Shown: positions 1-12,484, counted from the stretch's first letter. The stretch is DNA of 64,000 nucleotides from Minisyncoccia bacterium (GCA_038228545.1 JBBRPE010000003.1:442-64441), one strand, 5' to 3'. The notes: a model not told the origin generated them from the sequence alone. Program-made: numbers and translations.

Positions 1-996
1 GTCGGCGATATATACCGGAACTTCAAGCTTCGTTGCAGGATTCGTTGCTGTGACGCCCTCGATAGCAACTCCCGTCTTTTCCTTATTTTCGCTACGCTCG
101 CGTTCGGTCTTCTTACCGGTTTCGCGTTGGTACGCACGAATAGCATTCGCATTAAGCGCGTCCTGTATGAGTTCATCAATCATCGGATGCTCGGGGGCGA
201 GCACGAGATAGGTAGCTCCAAATACGGTGTCTGGACGTGTCGTAAAGACTTCAATTGGAACAGGGGCGTCTTCCTCACCCGTGTGAGCAAGGAAGGTGAG
301 CTTTGCTCCCTCAGACTCGCCTATCCACGCGCGTTGAGCGTCCTTTATGTCCTCGCGCCACGAAAGCCCGTCGAGATCCTTAAGGAGCCGGTCTGCATAC
401 GTGGTTATCTTAAGAAACCACTGCGTGAGACTCTTGTCTTCTACTTCGTGACCACAGCGTTCACACTTGCCGTCGATAACCTGTTCATTTGCAAGCACGG
501 TCTGGTCCTTCGGACACCACTTCACATTCGCAAGTTTCCGCTCTGCAAGATTGTGTTCAAACAACTTAGTAAAGAGCCACTGTGTCCATTTGTAGTACTC
601 GGGATCGCAGGTAATAACTTCCTTCGACCAGTCCATAGACGCACCCATGGTACGCATCTGCGTGCGCATACGCTCCATGTTTTCGTACGTCCACTTTTTT
701 GGGTCTACTTTGTTCTTTATTGCAGCGTTTTCGGCCGGAAGTCCAAATGCATCAAAGCCCATTGGGAAGAGTACGTTTTTTCCTGCCATACGGAGTTTAC
801 GGGCATAGATGTCCGTGAGTGCAAACGCGTACCAGTGTCCGATGTGCAAGTCGCCCGATGGATACGGAAATTCGAAGAGCAGATAGTACGGCTCCTTTGA
901 CTCATCTTCGAGATCACACGTGTACACATCAAGTTCCGCCCATTTCGCCTGCGCTTTTTTCTCTATATCAGCGTGGTCGAATGAATCGCGTGCCAT
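1..996 (-). CDS. leuS: Leucine--tRNA ligase, N-terminal part (runs off window start)
   Basis: Manual translation: MARDSFDHADIEKK...FPYPSGDLHIGH (HIGH motif), GFDAFGLPAENAA, FTTRPDT. Missing from the ORF track because it is truncated. Confidence 0.97.
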   Translation of the reverse strand, partial: MARDSFDHADIEKKAQAKWAELDVYTCDLEDESKEPYYLLFEFPYPSGDLHIGHWYAFALTDIYARKLRMAGKNVLFPMGFDAFGLPAENAAIKNKVDPKKWTYENMERMRTQMRTMGASMDWSKEVITCDPEYYKWTQWLFTKLFEHNLAERKLANVKWCPKDQTVLANEQVIDGKCERCGHEVEDKSLTQWFLKITTYADRLLKDLDGLSWREDIKDAQRAWIGESEGAKLTFLAHTGEEDAPVPIEVFTTRPDTVFGATYLVLAPEHPMIDELIQDALNANAIRAYQRETGKKTERERSENKEKTGVAIEGVTATNPATKLEVPVYIAD

Positions 997-1015
997 AGCA
1001 AATCAATACAGTTAC

Positions 1016-2011
1016 TTAGAATGGCTTTGGACCTGGGATGGTGGAAGGGAATTTCTGCGGGTCAATGGTTCGCGTGAAGCATGCCTGCCCGGTCGTGTGC
1101 TGCCAATTGTCGCTAATACCACCCATATCGATACCCATAGACGGGTACGTCATGTTCGTTGGACCAACACCGCCTCGACCTTTCTGATCAGATGAAGCTG
1201 CCTTAAAGGTGGCGCAGAGACTAAACGAAAGCGTTGAGGTTGAGGTATAGCTGTAGGCAGCGCTTGTTTCCGGGTCTACAGGCACAATGAAGTTTGCGAG
1301 TGGGTCCGTCAGGTCAGATAGAGACTTCGGAAGCTTCTGCTTTTGCTGGTAGTAGTAGGTTACCTGCGACTGAATACTCTGGAGGTCGCTTACGCGTTGA
1401 CTATCAAGACGTAAATCACGAACATGACTCGGCGTACCGATGATAAAGAAGCCAGCGACAACCGTCGCAACCGCTAGTATGCCTACTGCGATGCCGACCA
1501 TATTTCCCTTCTTCACGTTTGCTATCCAATAGCCTTTGAGGTCAGCGAGGAAGTGCAGGAAGACGCCAACAGCAACTAGGAGAACAACGGCCACCTTAAG
1601 GCCGAAACGAATGGTTATTTCACCACCAAGAAACGTATTGATGAGTGTAACGAGGTCAATGAGTACTGTGACGGTAGCAATAAAAAGTGTGAGCACCAGT
1701 GCCCAGCGACGTACCCAAATGATTGCCTTACCTGCTTCTACTACGATAGTTCCGCGTATGAGATGCAAGAGGACAATGGTTGTTGGTACAAGCACAATAA
1801 GTGCAGCCATAGAAAGGCGCACCGCCCCACCGTATGGGTCTCCGTAGGACGCGAGCGCATCAGGGAACGTGTAATTGATGTACTCAAAAAGAAGAGCGAT
1901 GAAGGACGTAACACTACCGTACAGAGCGATGATAGCGCCGAGCCAAAGGAAGAAATCTTTCGGAGTGGTCTTGCTGGTAGTGAAGTTAGGAGTTTGTGAT
2001 ATGTGTTCCAT
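1016..2011 (-). CDS. DUF5671-like multi-pass membrane protein with pilin-like C-terminal domain
   Basis: About 5 TM helices, then IGTP...RLDSQRVSDLQSIQ...YY...LPKSL...DPET..YSY...CATF, a pattern typical of CPR proteins. Confidence 0.7.
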   Translation of the reverse strand: MEHISQTPNFTTSKTTPKDFFLWLGAIIALYGSVTSFIALLFEYINYTFPDALASYGDPYGGAVRLSMAALIVLVPTTIVLLHLIRGTIVVEAGKAIIWVRRWALVLTLFIATVTVLIDLVTLINTFLGGEITIRFGLKVAVVLLVAVGVFLHFLADLKGYWIANVKKGNMVGIAVGILAVATVVAGFFIIGTPSHVRDLRLDSQRVSDLQSIQSQVTYYYQQKQKLPKSLSDLTDPLANFIVPVDPETSAAYSYTSTSTLSFSLCATFKAASSDQKGRGGVGPTNMTYPSMGIDMGGISDNWQHTTGQACFTRTIDPQKFPSTIPGPKPF

Positions 2012-2059
2012 AGTGGACTAATTATACCACATTTTAAGAGTGCTTTATACTATTCAGAT

Positions 2060-2263
2060 ATGGAACCATTTGAGCAGCGACTACTCGCACTAGAAACAAA
2101 GATTGACGCTATTTATATTTCAGTAGAAAAGACTCGAAAGTATTTCTTCTGGACAATGATTATCACCGTAGTGCTGTTTGTGCTTCCTCTCGTCGGTCTG
2201 GTCTTCGCCATTCCAGCGTTCATGACGAACTACCTCGGACCTATTCAAAGCCTTTCGCAGTAA
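2060..2263 (+). CDS. Small membrane protein
   Basis: MEPFEQRLLALETKIDAIYISVEKTRKYF plus a TM segment; TATACT lies 8 nt before the ATG. Confidence 0.75.
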   Translation: MEPFEQRLLALETKIDAIYISVEKTRKYFFWTMIITVVLFVLPLVGLVFAIPAFMTNYLGPIQSLSQ

Positions 2264-2283
2264 CAACGAAGCCCGTCGAACCA

Positions 2284-2955
2284 TTACGGTCCGACGGGCT
2301 CTCTACTCGCAAGAATGTCGATAATGCGATTTGCGAGAAGAGGAAAGTACTGTACATCGAACAAAGAGATGGCTCGACGCTTCTTCTTTGGGAAGATAGA
2401 AGTCCGCAGCTCCTCGTGTTCCGTTTCCGTGAACGGTACGCCGAAGTACCGATTCCACGGACACGCCGGATACATAGACCAGTCAATTGCGCGTGTATCC
2501 TGCAGTCCGAAGGAGTTCCAGGCATGCAGCATTGTTGATGCTAGATAGCCAACAGCCACACCTTCGACGTAGACGAGCCGTTTGTCACTCTTCTCTGCCG
2601 AGTTGATGGCCTCCATAAACAGCCAGGAATTTGCGAAACAAGAACCTATCTCCGGCTTGCGGGGCATTTCATGCATCATCTGGATTTTGTCGACGTAGGG
2701 CGCGTAGTCGATGCCATACGCAAGCATGAGTTCCAGTGCCCCTTCGTGGAAAGTGCATTTACCCTCTTCCACTATGAGCGGTCGGTCGGCCTTGGTCTCG
2801 CGCAGGAGATGCTCCGCAAGTGGCCGGATGCTCGTCGCATGTCCGTCAGGAAACTTGTCATGGAACCAGGTCGTTGCCTCAGGACCTTTGCCATTCGGAC
2901 CATACAGGTAGTCCCACGCTTTTTCGTGGGTAGCGAAAGAATTCATTCCGGGCAT
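2284..2955 (-). CDS. Orphan with putative Cys-His-Asp (transglutaminase/papain-like) triad
   Basis: CFAN...YVEG...HAW...ID...YFGVPF motifs; SD AGGAGG. Confidence 0.6.
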   Translation of the reverse strand: MPGMNSFATHEKAWDYLYGPNGKGPEATTWFHDKFPDGHATSIRPLAEHLLRETKADRPLIVEEGKCTFHEGALELMLAYGIDYAPYVDKIQMMHEMPRKPEIGSCFANSWLFMEAINSAEKSDKRLVYVEGVAVGYLASTMLHAWNSFGLQDTRAIDWSMYPACPWNRYFGVPFTETEHEELRTSIFPKKKRRAISLFDVQYFPLLANRIIDILASREPVGP

Positions 2956-3010
2956 GGTTTCCTCCTATCCTGCCAGTGATAGTTAGAACATATCCGATTG
3001 GATTTGTAAA

Positions 3011-4108
3011 TTAAGAGTGTAGAAAGACCATCACGTCACCATCTTTGGTTTCGTAGGTTTTGCCTTCCGTGCGTATATCGCCCTTATCACGTGCAGCGCT
3101 CCACGAACCGTCTGCTATAAGCGTGTCCCACTGAACGACTTCTGCGCGTATAAATTTATCTTTGAAATCCTCGTGGATTGCAGCGCCCGCTTCAGGCGCA
3201 CTTGCGCCTTTTTTCACTGTCCATGCGCGTGTTTCTTTCGGACCAGTAGTGAAGTACGTAATAAGGCCGAGTGTTTCGTAAGCTCCACGTATCAAGTCCT
3301 TGATGCCATCATCTTGCACGCCGAGTTCCGAGCGGAACATAATTTTGTCCTCGTCTGAAACGTCGTTCAGCTCGTGTTCCGTTCGAGCGTCTACCATGAC
3401 GTAACTTCCACCGAGTGATTTCACATATTCGTACGCTTTCTCTGCTCGTCCGTCATTCATTTCGCCGAGATTATGCCCGCCTGCCTTGCCGTTAAAAGCG
3501 TAGAGGATTGGTTTCAAAGTAAGGAGATTGAGTGACTTGATAAGCTTTGCTTCTTCCGGCGTGAGGTCTGCCGTTAGCGCGAGCTTTCCATTCTCTAACT
3601 GACCTTCAACCTTTACGAGGACTGCATCTTCTTCTATCGCCTCTTTCTTATTCATCTTTACGTCCTTGCCGACTTTCTCACGACGATTTTTTACGGATGC
3701 CTGGTCTGCAAGCATAAGTTCAAGATTAATAACCTCAATATCCTCAACGGGATTCACTTCCCCATGTACATGCGTAATGTCTGGATCATCGAAGAAACGC
3801 ACCATTTGCAAAATTGCATCCGTCTCGCGGATATGAGTAAGGAACTGATTGCCCAGTCCTTCACCTTCTGAAGCACCCTTGACCAGTCCTGCAATATCCA
3901 CAAACTCTACAGCCGCAGGAATAGTTTTTTCAGAACCTGAAAGTGTGGTGAGTGCCTGTAGGCGTTCGTCCGGTACGCCAACGACACCCACGGATGGGTC
4001 TATCGTACAGAACGGATAATTCTCCGCTGGCACCGAAGCCTTTGTGAGCGCATTAAAGAGAGTGGACTTCCCGACATTCGGGAGCCCGACGATTCCTATC
4101 TGAAGCAT
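3011..4108 (-). CDS. ychF: Redox-regulated ATPase YchF
   Basis: [48 protein letters not shown]-terminal TGS-like domain. Confidence 0.98.
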   Translation of the reverse strand: MLQIGIVGLPNVGKSTLFNALTKASVPAENYPFCTIDPSVGVVGVPDERLQALTTLSGSEKTIPAAVEFVDIAGLVKGASEGEGLGNQFLTHIRETDAILQMVRFFDDPDITHVHGEVNPVEDIEVINLELMLADQASVKNRREKVGKDVKMNKKEAIEEDAVLVKVEGQLENGKLALTADLTPEEAKLIKSLNLLTLKPILYAFNGKAGGHNLGEMNDGRAEKAYEYVKSLGGSYVMVDARTEHELNDVSDEDKIMFRSELGVQDDGIKDLIRGAYETLGLITYFTTGPKETRAWTVKKGASAPEAGAAIHEDFKDKFIRAEVVQWDTLIADGSWSAARDKGDIRTEGKTYETKDGDVMVFLHS

Positions 4109-4133
4109 TGTTCTACCTTACGGTTTGCGGGAG

Positions 4134-4276
4134 AAAAAAGAAAGACCGCCACGGATGGCGGTCGGCGCTAGAACGAGAACGCTACGCGGTTCGTTAGGCC
4201 TACGTGTCTGAGGGACATCCAGAAATCTGGTGTCCTACCCGGGGGGAGAAGGCGACACGTGTCCTCGTCCTAGCAC
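4134..4276 (-). ncRNA. Candidate structured small RNA (6S-like rod with central bubble) ending in an intrinsic terminator
   Basis: TTGCAA-N17-CACAGT promoter (4309-4281); 16-bp closing stem; apical hairpin GGACA-CCAG-ATTT-CTGG-A-TGTCC; terminator GACCGCCA/TGGCGGTC plus U tract; no ORF. Confidence 0.5.
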
Positions 4277-4309
4277 TGGCACTGTGCCATTCAATACTTC
4301 TTTTTGCAA

Positions 4310-4891
4310 TTACACTCCACGTCGAGCAAGTGCGGCAATTTTCTTGAGATACCGCGTATGACGAGTAGGAGTGCAGTTCTCGGAATTTCCGAATTGCGTC
4401 ATGGACACCTTGTAGCCCGACATACCGAGGAGGGCGTAGGAAATTTCGTTGGTGAAGTCACCGAAAACCAGCCGGATAAAAAATGGAGGCATCTTTGAAA
4501 GTGTAATAACGCGTGCAGTTTTGCCATTCAGCATGCGGTCCCAACCCATACCGCTTTTCCAAAAGTGGAAGGCGAAGCCGGGAAGCCACATACGGTCGAA
4601 CATACCCTTAAGGAGCGCGGGCATCGCCGACCACCACACCGGATACACGAGCACAAAGTGGTCAGCCCACTTCATATCTTCCTGGACCTTCTTCAAATCC
4701 GGTTCAAGTTCCTGAATGACCTTATAACCCTTGTGGAGAATAGGGTCGAAGGACAGGTCGCTTATGTTGGTACGACGCACGTAGTGCCCAGCTGCTGCGG
4801 CATCCTTTGCATACGCATCCGCCACATCATTCGAGAGCGTTTCCTCTGAGTCAGGGTTACCCATCAGTATAAAAATGTTCTTTTGCTTCAT
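4310..4891 (-). CDS. NAD(P)H-dependent oxidoreductase, flavodoxin-like fold
   Basis: GNP...PVWWSAMPALLKGMFDR..LPGFAF. Confidence 0.92.
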   Translation of the reverse strand: MKQKNIFILMGNPDSEETLSNDVADAYAKDAAAAGHYVRRTNISDLSFDPILHKGYKVIQELEPDLKKVQEDMKWADHFVLVYPVWWSAMPALLKGMFDRMWLPGFAFHFWKSGMGWDRMLNGKTARVITLSKMPPFFIRLVFGDFTNEISYALLGMSGYKVSMTQFGNSENCTPTRHTRYLKKIAALARRGV

Positions 4892-4913
4892 ATCACGAAT
4901 TATGTCACGCGTT

Positions 4914-5020
4914 CAAAAGGATTCCTATGCAAGGCGTGGGTAAGTTATTGAATGAAGCGTACTCATAGTACGGAGAATGAAATGACTGGGACCCGCAACG
5001 CAGCAGAGGTATGCCTTTTG
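4914..5020. repeat. ERIC-like palindromic element, copy 1
   Basis: Terminal IR CAAAAGG/CCTTTTG; core TGCAAGGCGTGGGT...GCGTACTCATAGTACG...GGGACCCGCAACGCAGCAG. Confidence 0.75.
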
Positions 5021-5027
5021 TCGCTCA

Positions 5028-5255
5028 TCACATTAGACCCTGTAGCTCATTCCTGTATTTTTTCATCACTTCCATGGTGGCCTTCATCTGCTGTTCTCCA
5101 CCTTTCTTCACGCGACGGTCTACCTCTTCACCAATCTTTTTAAAAAGTTCAGGGTTCTTAGTGACCAACGTTAAAATCTGCTCGCGCTGTGCCTCCGGCA
5201 CATCCTTGAGCTTGCTCTTCATCATCTGGCGAAGGAAAAAATCTTGTACTCCCAT
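5028..5255 (-). CDS. Small conserved helical protein
   Basis: MGVQDFFLRQMMKSKLKDVPEAQ...KNPELFKKI; TATACT lies 9 nt before the ATG. Confidence 0.75.
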   Translation of the reverse strand: MGVQDFFLRQMMKSKLKDVPEAQREQILTLVTKNPELFKKIGEEVDRRVKKGGEQQMKATMEVMKKYRNELQGLM

Positions 5256-5308
5256 AGTAGTGTCAGTATACCAAAAGTGTTCGGGCCCGCTATACCAGCG
5301 GGCCCTCA

Positions 5309-5683
5309 CTACTTTCTTTCGCTTTCGCGACGAAAGCGTTCCAGACATGTCTGCAAATGACGCAGGGTCTGTGTCCGAATTTCTTCCGGTGTGTCCGTCT
5401 CATAGACGACGAGCATGACCGCCGGAGTGTTTGGACGCTTTTGCCAGTGCAATTCGGCACAGTTTCGCGAAGAGGTAATCTGCAGGGGAATTCTGCCGTA
5501 TTCCGTATAGGCCCAGCCGTCGACGCCATTTTGGTCTTCTTCATGAGTTCCAGGAAGGACCATATAGACGTCGTCAGGTAGTTCAATCGGATAACAGTAG
5601 AATGCCTCGAAGAACTGTCGTTCGCGTGCCATACCGTAGGCATGTTGTTGTGCCCCAGATCGAGGCGTAGCTAGGTAGCTCAT
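5309..5683 (-). CDS. Orphan, possible PD-(D/E)xK-like nuclease fold
   Basis: E...EDQNGVD...IPLQITSS; SD AGGAGAG. Confidence 0.55.
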   Translation of the reverse strand: MSYLATPRSGAQQHAYGMARERQFFEAFYCYPIELPDDVYMVLPGTHEEDQNGVDGWAYTEYGRIPLQITSSRNCAELHWQKRPNTPAVMLVVYETDTPEEIRTQTLRHLQTCLERFRRESERK

Positions 5684-5765
5684 CGCTTCTCTCCTTGTAG
5701 CTCGCGTTTCGCTAAGAACACACTACCGTGTACACGCTGTTGTGCAAGTTGTCGAAGTGGGGACA

Positions 5766-6011
5766 CTACAGTAGGACCGTTGCCTGATTACTTGAAACTT
5801 CAGCGATTCCCTTTTCTATGGGAAACGTCTGCTTAGTGCCGTCCGCTGTTTCCACAGTGGCGACTCCTGCTCTAAGCGGAGTTACAAACGCTTCGTGTCC
5901 CGCCATCACCGTAAACATACCTTCCTCTCCGGGAAGATTTACTGAGACTGCGTCGCCATCGAAGAGATTATCTCCAACGCGAGCGATGGTGAGATGAAAT
6001 GTTTTTGCCAT
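5766..6011 (-). CDS. atpC: F1 ATP synthase epsilon subunit (N-terminal beta domain only)
   Basis: LPGEEGMFTVMAGH..F; last gene of the atp operon. Confidence 0.9.
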   Translation of the reverse strand: MAKTFHLTIARVGDNLFDGDAVSVNLPGEEGMFTVMAGHEAFVTPLRAGVATVETADGTKQTFPIEKGIAEVSSNQATVLL

Positions 6012-6031
6012 AGGTATTTGTTAGGCGACGG

Positions 6032-7960
<1,929 letters not shown>

Positions 7961-7964
7961 ATCT

Positions 7965-8864
7965 TTATGTAAGTGCCCCGCTCACAATCTCTGACACTTC
8001 CTGAGTAATGGCTGCCTGACGCACCTTGTTGAATTTGCGCGTCAGGTCATGAGCCACTTCCTTGGATTTATCAGATGCATTCTTCATCGCGACCATGCGT
8101 GCGGAATGTTCCGACGCCTTGGACTCGAGAAGCATGTGATAGAGCGATACGGCGACGAGGCGCGGCACCAAAATGCCGAGCACCTCATCACCAGACGGCT
8201 CCACCTCATACGCTGCAGGGGCTTCAAGCGTCGCCGAATCCGACCACTTTCCCTTGGCAGGCACGATACCTTCCACGATTTCCGCGAGCGCAGGGAGCGA
8301 AAGCGGTAGGAGTTGGCGAGTCGTTGGCACCTGCTCGAAGGTTGACTTGAAACTGCTGTAAACGGTCACTACTTTGTCATAGTCCCCGCGAAGGAATCCC
8401 TCGGAAAGCTCTTTCGAGATTTCCTCCATAATTTCAATTGAAACGTCGTCACTCTTATTTTCGTATGATTTTGCAATTGAGTAATGACGATTATTGAAGT
8501 ACTCCAAACCTTTACGTCCGTATGCAAACAACGTGACATCTTTCGCGTCTCTTCCCTCGAGCGCCGCGATGCCGGCCTTGATTACGCCCGAGTTCAGACC
8601 GCCCGCAAGTCCTTTATCGCTTGTGATGACCACAAGCGCGAGCTTGTTTCCGGTACGCACACTAGCTAGCGGATGGCGCTTCACGTGTTCGGTACCTGAA
8701 AGGCGAGTGAGCACGGCAACTGCAGCACGAGCATACGCGCGACCGGCAAATGCCGAGTTCTGCGTCTTACGCATCTTCACGGCAGACACAGCCTCCATGG
8801 CGCGTGTGACTTTATTCATGCGCTTGGTAGCCAAAATCTTCAGTTTGATGTCTTTGAGTGCCAT
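7965..8864 (-). CDS. atpG: F1 ATP synthase gamma subunit
   Basis: KVTRAMEAVS, SDKGLAGGLN, SEHSARMVAMKNA, RQAAITQEVSEIVSG. Confidence 0.98.
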   Translation of the reverse strand: MALKDIKLKILATKRMNKVTRAMEAVSAVKMRKTQNSAFAGRAYARAAVAVLTRLSGTEHVKRHPLASVRTGNKLALVVITSDKGLAGGLNSGVIKAGIAALEGRDAKDVTLFAYGRKGLEYFNNRHYSIAKSYENKSDDVSIEIMEEISKELSEGFLRGDYDKVVTVYSSFKSTFEQVPTTRQLLPLSLPALAEIVEGIVPAKGKWSDSATLEAPAAYEVEPSGDEVLGILVPRLVAVSLYHMLLESKASEHSARMVAMKNASDKSKEVAHDLTRKFNKVRQAAITQEVSEIVSGALT

Positions 8865-8883
8865 GTGTACGTACTGTTTCTAG

Positions 8884-10434
8884 TTATGCAGTAGTGCGCT
8901 CAACGAACTGCTCGAGCTTTGCGCGGAGATCCTTCTCGATAGTCTCGTTTATTTCGCGCGTGGTGCGGATGGATGCAAGCACGTCATTTGCCTCGCGACC
9001 AAGGTAGTCCTGAAGCTTCTGTTCTGCTTCGGAAGTCTTCTCCGGAGCGAACGAATCGAAGTACCCGTTCACTGCAGCGAAGATTACCGCTGCCTCCATT
9101 TCAAACGGAAGTGGCATACCCTTCGGCTGTTTCAACATTTCCGTCATGCGACGTCCGGAATCAATCTGCTTCTTCGTACCCTCGTCGAGGTCGGAAGCAA
9201 ACTGCATGAATGCCTCAAGTTCGCGGAACTGTGCGAGCTCAAGCTTAATCTTTCCGGACACTTTCTTCATAGCTTTGGTCTGTGCAGCCGAGCCGACGCG
9301 CGACACGGAGTTACCCACGTCAATAGCAGGACGAAGTCCCTGGTTAAAGAGATTCGTAAGCACGAATATCTGACCGTCCGTGATGGAAATCACGTTCGTC
9401 GGAATGTAGGTCGAAATATCACCTTCCTGCGTTTCAATAATGGGAAGCGCTGTGAGTGAGCCTCCGCCCTTTTCTTTAGAGAGCTTTGCTGCACGTTCAA
9501 GAAGACGCGAGTGCAAGTAGAAGATGTCTCCCGGATATGCTTCGCGACCCGGTGGGCGACGAAGAAGGAGCGACATCTGGCGATACGCCACTGCTTGCTT
9601 TGAAAGGTCGTCATAGATAACAACAGCATCCTTACCCTGCTCCATGAAGTGCTCACCGATAGCAGCGCCAGCGAATGGTGCGAGAAACTGAAAGGCTGCA
9701 GGCGAAGAAGCTGGAGCGGTAACGACGATGGTGTAATCCATTGCACCCTTGTCTGCGAGCTCCGCCACAAGCTTCGCGGTCTTACTTTCCTTCTGGCCGA
9801 TAGCTACATAAATACAGATAGGACGAGTCGCTTCTGGCTCAGACTTCTGGTTGATGATGGTATCGATAGCGATAGTCGTCTTACCGGTGCCACGGTCACC
9901 AATGATGAGCTCGCGCTGTCCGCGACCAATTGGAACCATGGCGTCAATTGCCTTGATACCAGTGTGAAGTGGTGTGTTCACCGGAGAACGGTCCATAACA
10001 CCGTATGCCTCAGACTCGATAGGACGAATTTTGTCAGCACCGGTTGGGCCTTTGCCGTCTACCGGCTCACCGAGTGGATTTACCACGCGACCAACGAGCG
10101 AATCACCTACCGGGATGGAAAGTAGGCGTCCGACACGACGTACGAGCATGCCCTCGTACACACGAGAAGAGTCTCCGAGAACCACGGCGCGTACGCCATC
10201 TTCTTCGAGGTTGAGTACGAGACCGTACACAGGGTCTGCATCCTTGAGAGCTTCCTCAAGCGTTCGGTCGAAGGTCGGGTCGAAGAGCACCATCTCATTC
10301 ATGATGGCCTTCTCGAGTCCGTCTATTTCAGCGATACCGTCTCCAGTAGCGCGCACGATGCCCGTCTCTTCCTTATCGCCAACAGGCGTGTGTCCTGCGA
10401 TTTCTTCTTCGATGCGCTTGATAATGCTCTCCAT
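8884..10434 (-). CDS. atpA: F1 ATP synthase alpha subunit
   Basis: [29 protein letters not shown]. Confidence 0.99.
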   Translation of the reverse strand: MESIIKRIEEEIAGHTPVGDKEETGIVRATGDGIAEIDGLEKAIMNEMVLFDPTFDRTLEEALKDADPVYGLVLNLEEDGVRAVVLGDSSRVYEGMLVRRVGRLLSIPVGDSLVGRVVNPLGEPVDGKGPTGADKIRPIESEAYGVMDRSPVNTPLHTGIKAIDAMVPIGRGQRELIIGDRGTGKTTIAIDTIINQKSEPEATRPICIYVAIGQKESKTAKLVAELADKGAMDYTIVVTAPASSPAAFQFLAPFAGAAIGEHFMEQGKDAVVIYDDLSKQAVAYRQMSLLLRRPPGREAYPGDIFYLHSRLLERAAKLSKEKGGGSLTALPIIETQEGDISTYIPTNVISITDGQIFVLTNLFNQGLRPAIDVGNSVSRVGSAAQTKAMKKVSGKIKLELAQFRELEAFMQFASDLDEGTKKQIDSGRRMTEMLKQPKGMPLPFEMEAAVIFAAVNGYFDSFAPEKTSEAEQKLQDYLGREANDVLASIRTTREINETIEKDLRAKLEQFVERTTA

Positions 10435-10458
10435 GATGTGTTTGTAACGGTTAGTAAA

Positions 10459-10827
10459 TTAGTTCGTGACCTTTCGGTAGATGTCGATAAGACCGCGCTT
10501 TGCGCTCCTATCTATAAGCGTGCCGCCAGAGCGAGCGCGCCAGCCTTTAATTAAGGCCGGATTCACATGCGCTTTTTCTACCTCAATTCCTTCTAGTTTT
10601 GCCGCTGCGATAGCTGCGTGCGCGTCTTTTTCATCCGCTACTTCGACCCTAGGCGCGAGCTTTGCACGGCGCGCTTCTATGGTTTTTAAATTGCGAAGAA
10701 TTCCCGGAAGAAGCTTCGTACGGCCGGTGACCTCGAGATGCTTCATGAGTTCAGCTACCAATTTCTTGGTATCACTTCCCTCGCGTAGCGCGAGCTCATC
10801 TAGTGCCTGTGCGTAGAGCTTCTCCAT
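10459..10827 (-). CDS. atpH: ATP synthase delta subunit (short form)
   Basis: Position between atpF and atpA; VNPALIKGW...LIDRS resembles the OSCP C-terminus. Confidence 0.8.
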   Translation of the reverse strand: MEKLYAQALDELALREGSDTKKLVAELMKHLEVTGRTKLLPGILRNLKTIEARRAKLAPRVEVADEKDAHAAIAAAKLEGIEVEKAHVNPALIKGWRARSGGTLIDRSAKRGLIDIYRKVTN

Positions 10828-10831
10828 GCTC

Positions 10832-11296
10832 CTATTTGTCGCCTGCCTGGCCGGAAGGCTGGCGCAGTACCTTCTCAGCCGCGAGGACTGAGAGCCGTGC
10901 TATTTCCTTCTCGCTGTCGCGAAGAATGCGTGCAGCGTCTTCCTTCGCGCGAGCTTCAGCATCCTTCTCGACGCTTGAAGCGCGTGCTTCAGCTTCCTTG
11001 ATGATGCGAGCACGTTCAGTCGTGGCTGCTTCACGTGAGTTCGAGACGATACCTTCTGCTTCGGTCTCTGCACCATGTACTACCTTGGCAGCGTCTTCGT
11101 CAGCAGTTGCTGCTTTTGCCTCAGCTTCCTCAGCAGCACGCACGCCCGCCGCTATCTTCTCTTTGCGTTCCTCAAGAGTTTTAAGGACCGGCTTGTAGAG
11201 CAGGTAGGTGAGCGCAACCATGAGGATGCCGAAATTCACGAGCTGCGCGAGCAGCAAGGGAAGTTGGAGGCCGAATGCGTCGAAGAGTTGAGCCAT
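10832..11296 (-). CDS. atpF: Fo subunit b
   Basis: N-terminal TM (QLVNFGIL...LYKPV..LEER), Ala/Glu coiled coil, LAAEKVL. Confidence 0.95.
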   Translation of the reverse strand: MAQLFDAFGLQLPLLLAQLVNFGILMVALTYLLYKPVLKTLEERKEKIAAGVRAAEEAEAKAATADEDAAKVVHGAETEAEGIVSNSREAATTERARIIKEAEARASSVEKDAEARAKEDAARILRDSEKEIARLSVLAAEKVLRQPSGQAGDK

Positions 11297-11326
11297 AGAT
11301 AGTAATAGGAATTTGTTTAGTCGGAA

Positions 11327-11611
<285 letters not shown>

Positions 11612-11621
11612 CTAGCTTTCG

Positions 11622-12446
11622 CTAATGAGCTTCGTGCGGATCCATGACGCTTAATTTGATGAAGAACATCGTGAGCATCGCGAACACCAGGGCCTGAATA
11701 GCTCCAATAAACATCTCAAAGCCTATGAGCGGTACCGGCAAGAGATACGGCAGGAAGTACCCGGCAACGAGAATCATGACTTCCCCAGCAAATATGTTGC
11801 CGAAGAGACGAAACGAGAACGAGACGAGGCGGCCCAGATTCGAGACAATCTCGATGATGCCCACCGCGAAGCCGACCGGTGAACTAAGATTAACAAAGCG
11901 GCCGGCGTACTTCAATCCACCGAGCACGGCGAGACCGGTTATCTCAATCGTGAAGAAGGAAATAAATGCGAGCGCGAGGGTAAAATTGAGATCAGCGGCA
12001 GGTGCACGAAGAAGCGGAGCAAACTCAGTTCCGTGGAAGAAACCAATAGAACCCACACCGGGAACAAATTCTAGTTCGTTTCCGACGAGCACAAAAAGAA
12101 AGATTGTTGCAATGAGCGGAAAGAAACTCGCAGTGAGTTTTTTGTCTCCAAATGTTTCTTCCACATAGGCGTACGCGCCTTCGAATATCCACTCGACAGC
12201 CGCTTGAAGTTTTCCAGGAATCATTTTGAGTGTTGAGCGAAACCAAAGGGCAAATCCGATGAGGAGCACCATCACGAGCCAGGTCATGATGAGTGAGTTA
12301 GTTATCGGAAATCCGAAAAGATGCCCAATGACCTCCGCCTTGAGTGATACATGTATGGGACTTTCTTTTACGACGGCTGTGGCAGTAGCCACCGCCTGGG
12401 TAGCGGTTGCCATCATCGTAGACGTCGAGACTAATTCGACGTTCAT
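11622..12446 (-). CDS. atpB: Fo subunit a
   Basis: SFSFRLFGNIFAGE, QALVFAMLT; start placed at MNVELV. Confidence 0.96.
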   Translation of the reverse strand: MNVELVSTSTMMATATQAVATATAVVKESPIHVSLKAEVIGHLFGFPITNSLIMTWLVMVLLIGFALWFRSTLKMIPGKLQAAVEWIFEGAYAYVEETFGDKKLTASFFPLIATIFLFVLVGNELEFVPGVGSIGFFHGTEFAPLLRAPAADLNFTLALAFISFFTIEITGLAVLGGLKYAGRFVNLSSPVGFAVGIIEIVSNLGRLVSFSFRLFGNIFAGEVMILVAGYFLPYLLPVPLIGFEMFIGAIQALVFAMLTMFFIKLSVMDPHEAH

Positions 12447-12484
12447 ACGTAAAAAAGACCCGTCTGGGCCGATACCCCTGTCAT
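12443..12484 (-). promoter_or_regulatory. Putative leaderless uORF (MTGVSAQTGLFYV) with terminator-like hairpin, overlapping the atpB start (ATGA)
   Basis: TAGAAT + 6 nt + ATG; GGCCC-AGAC-GGGTC-T6 inside the uORF. Confidence 0.45.

Noticed and set aside
127-900. 257-aa plus-strand ORF
   Set aside because: Antisense shadow of leuS.
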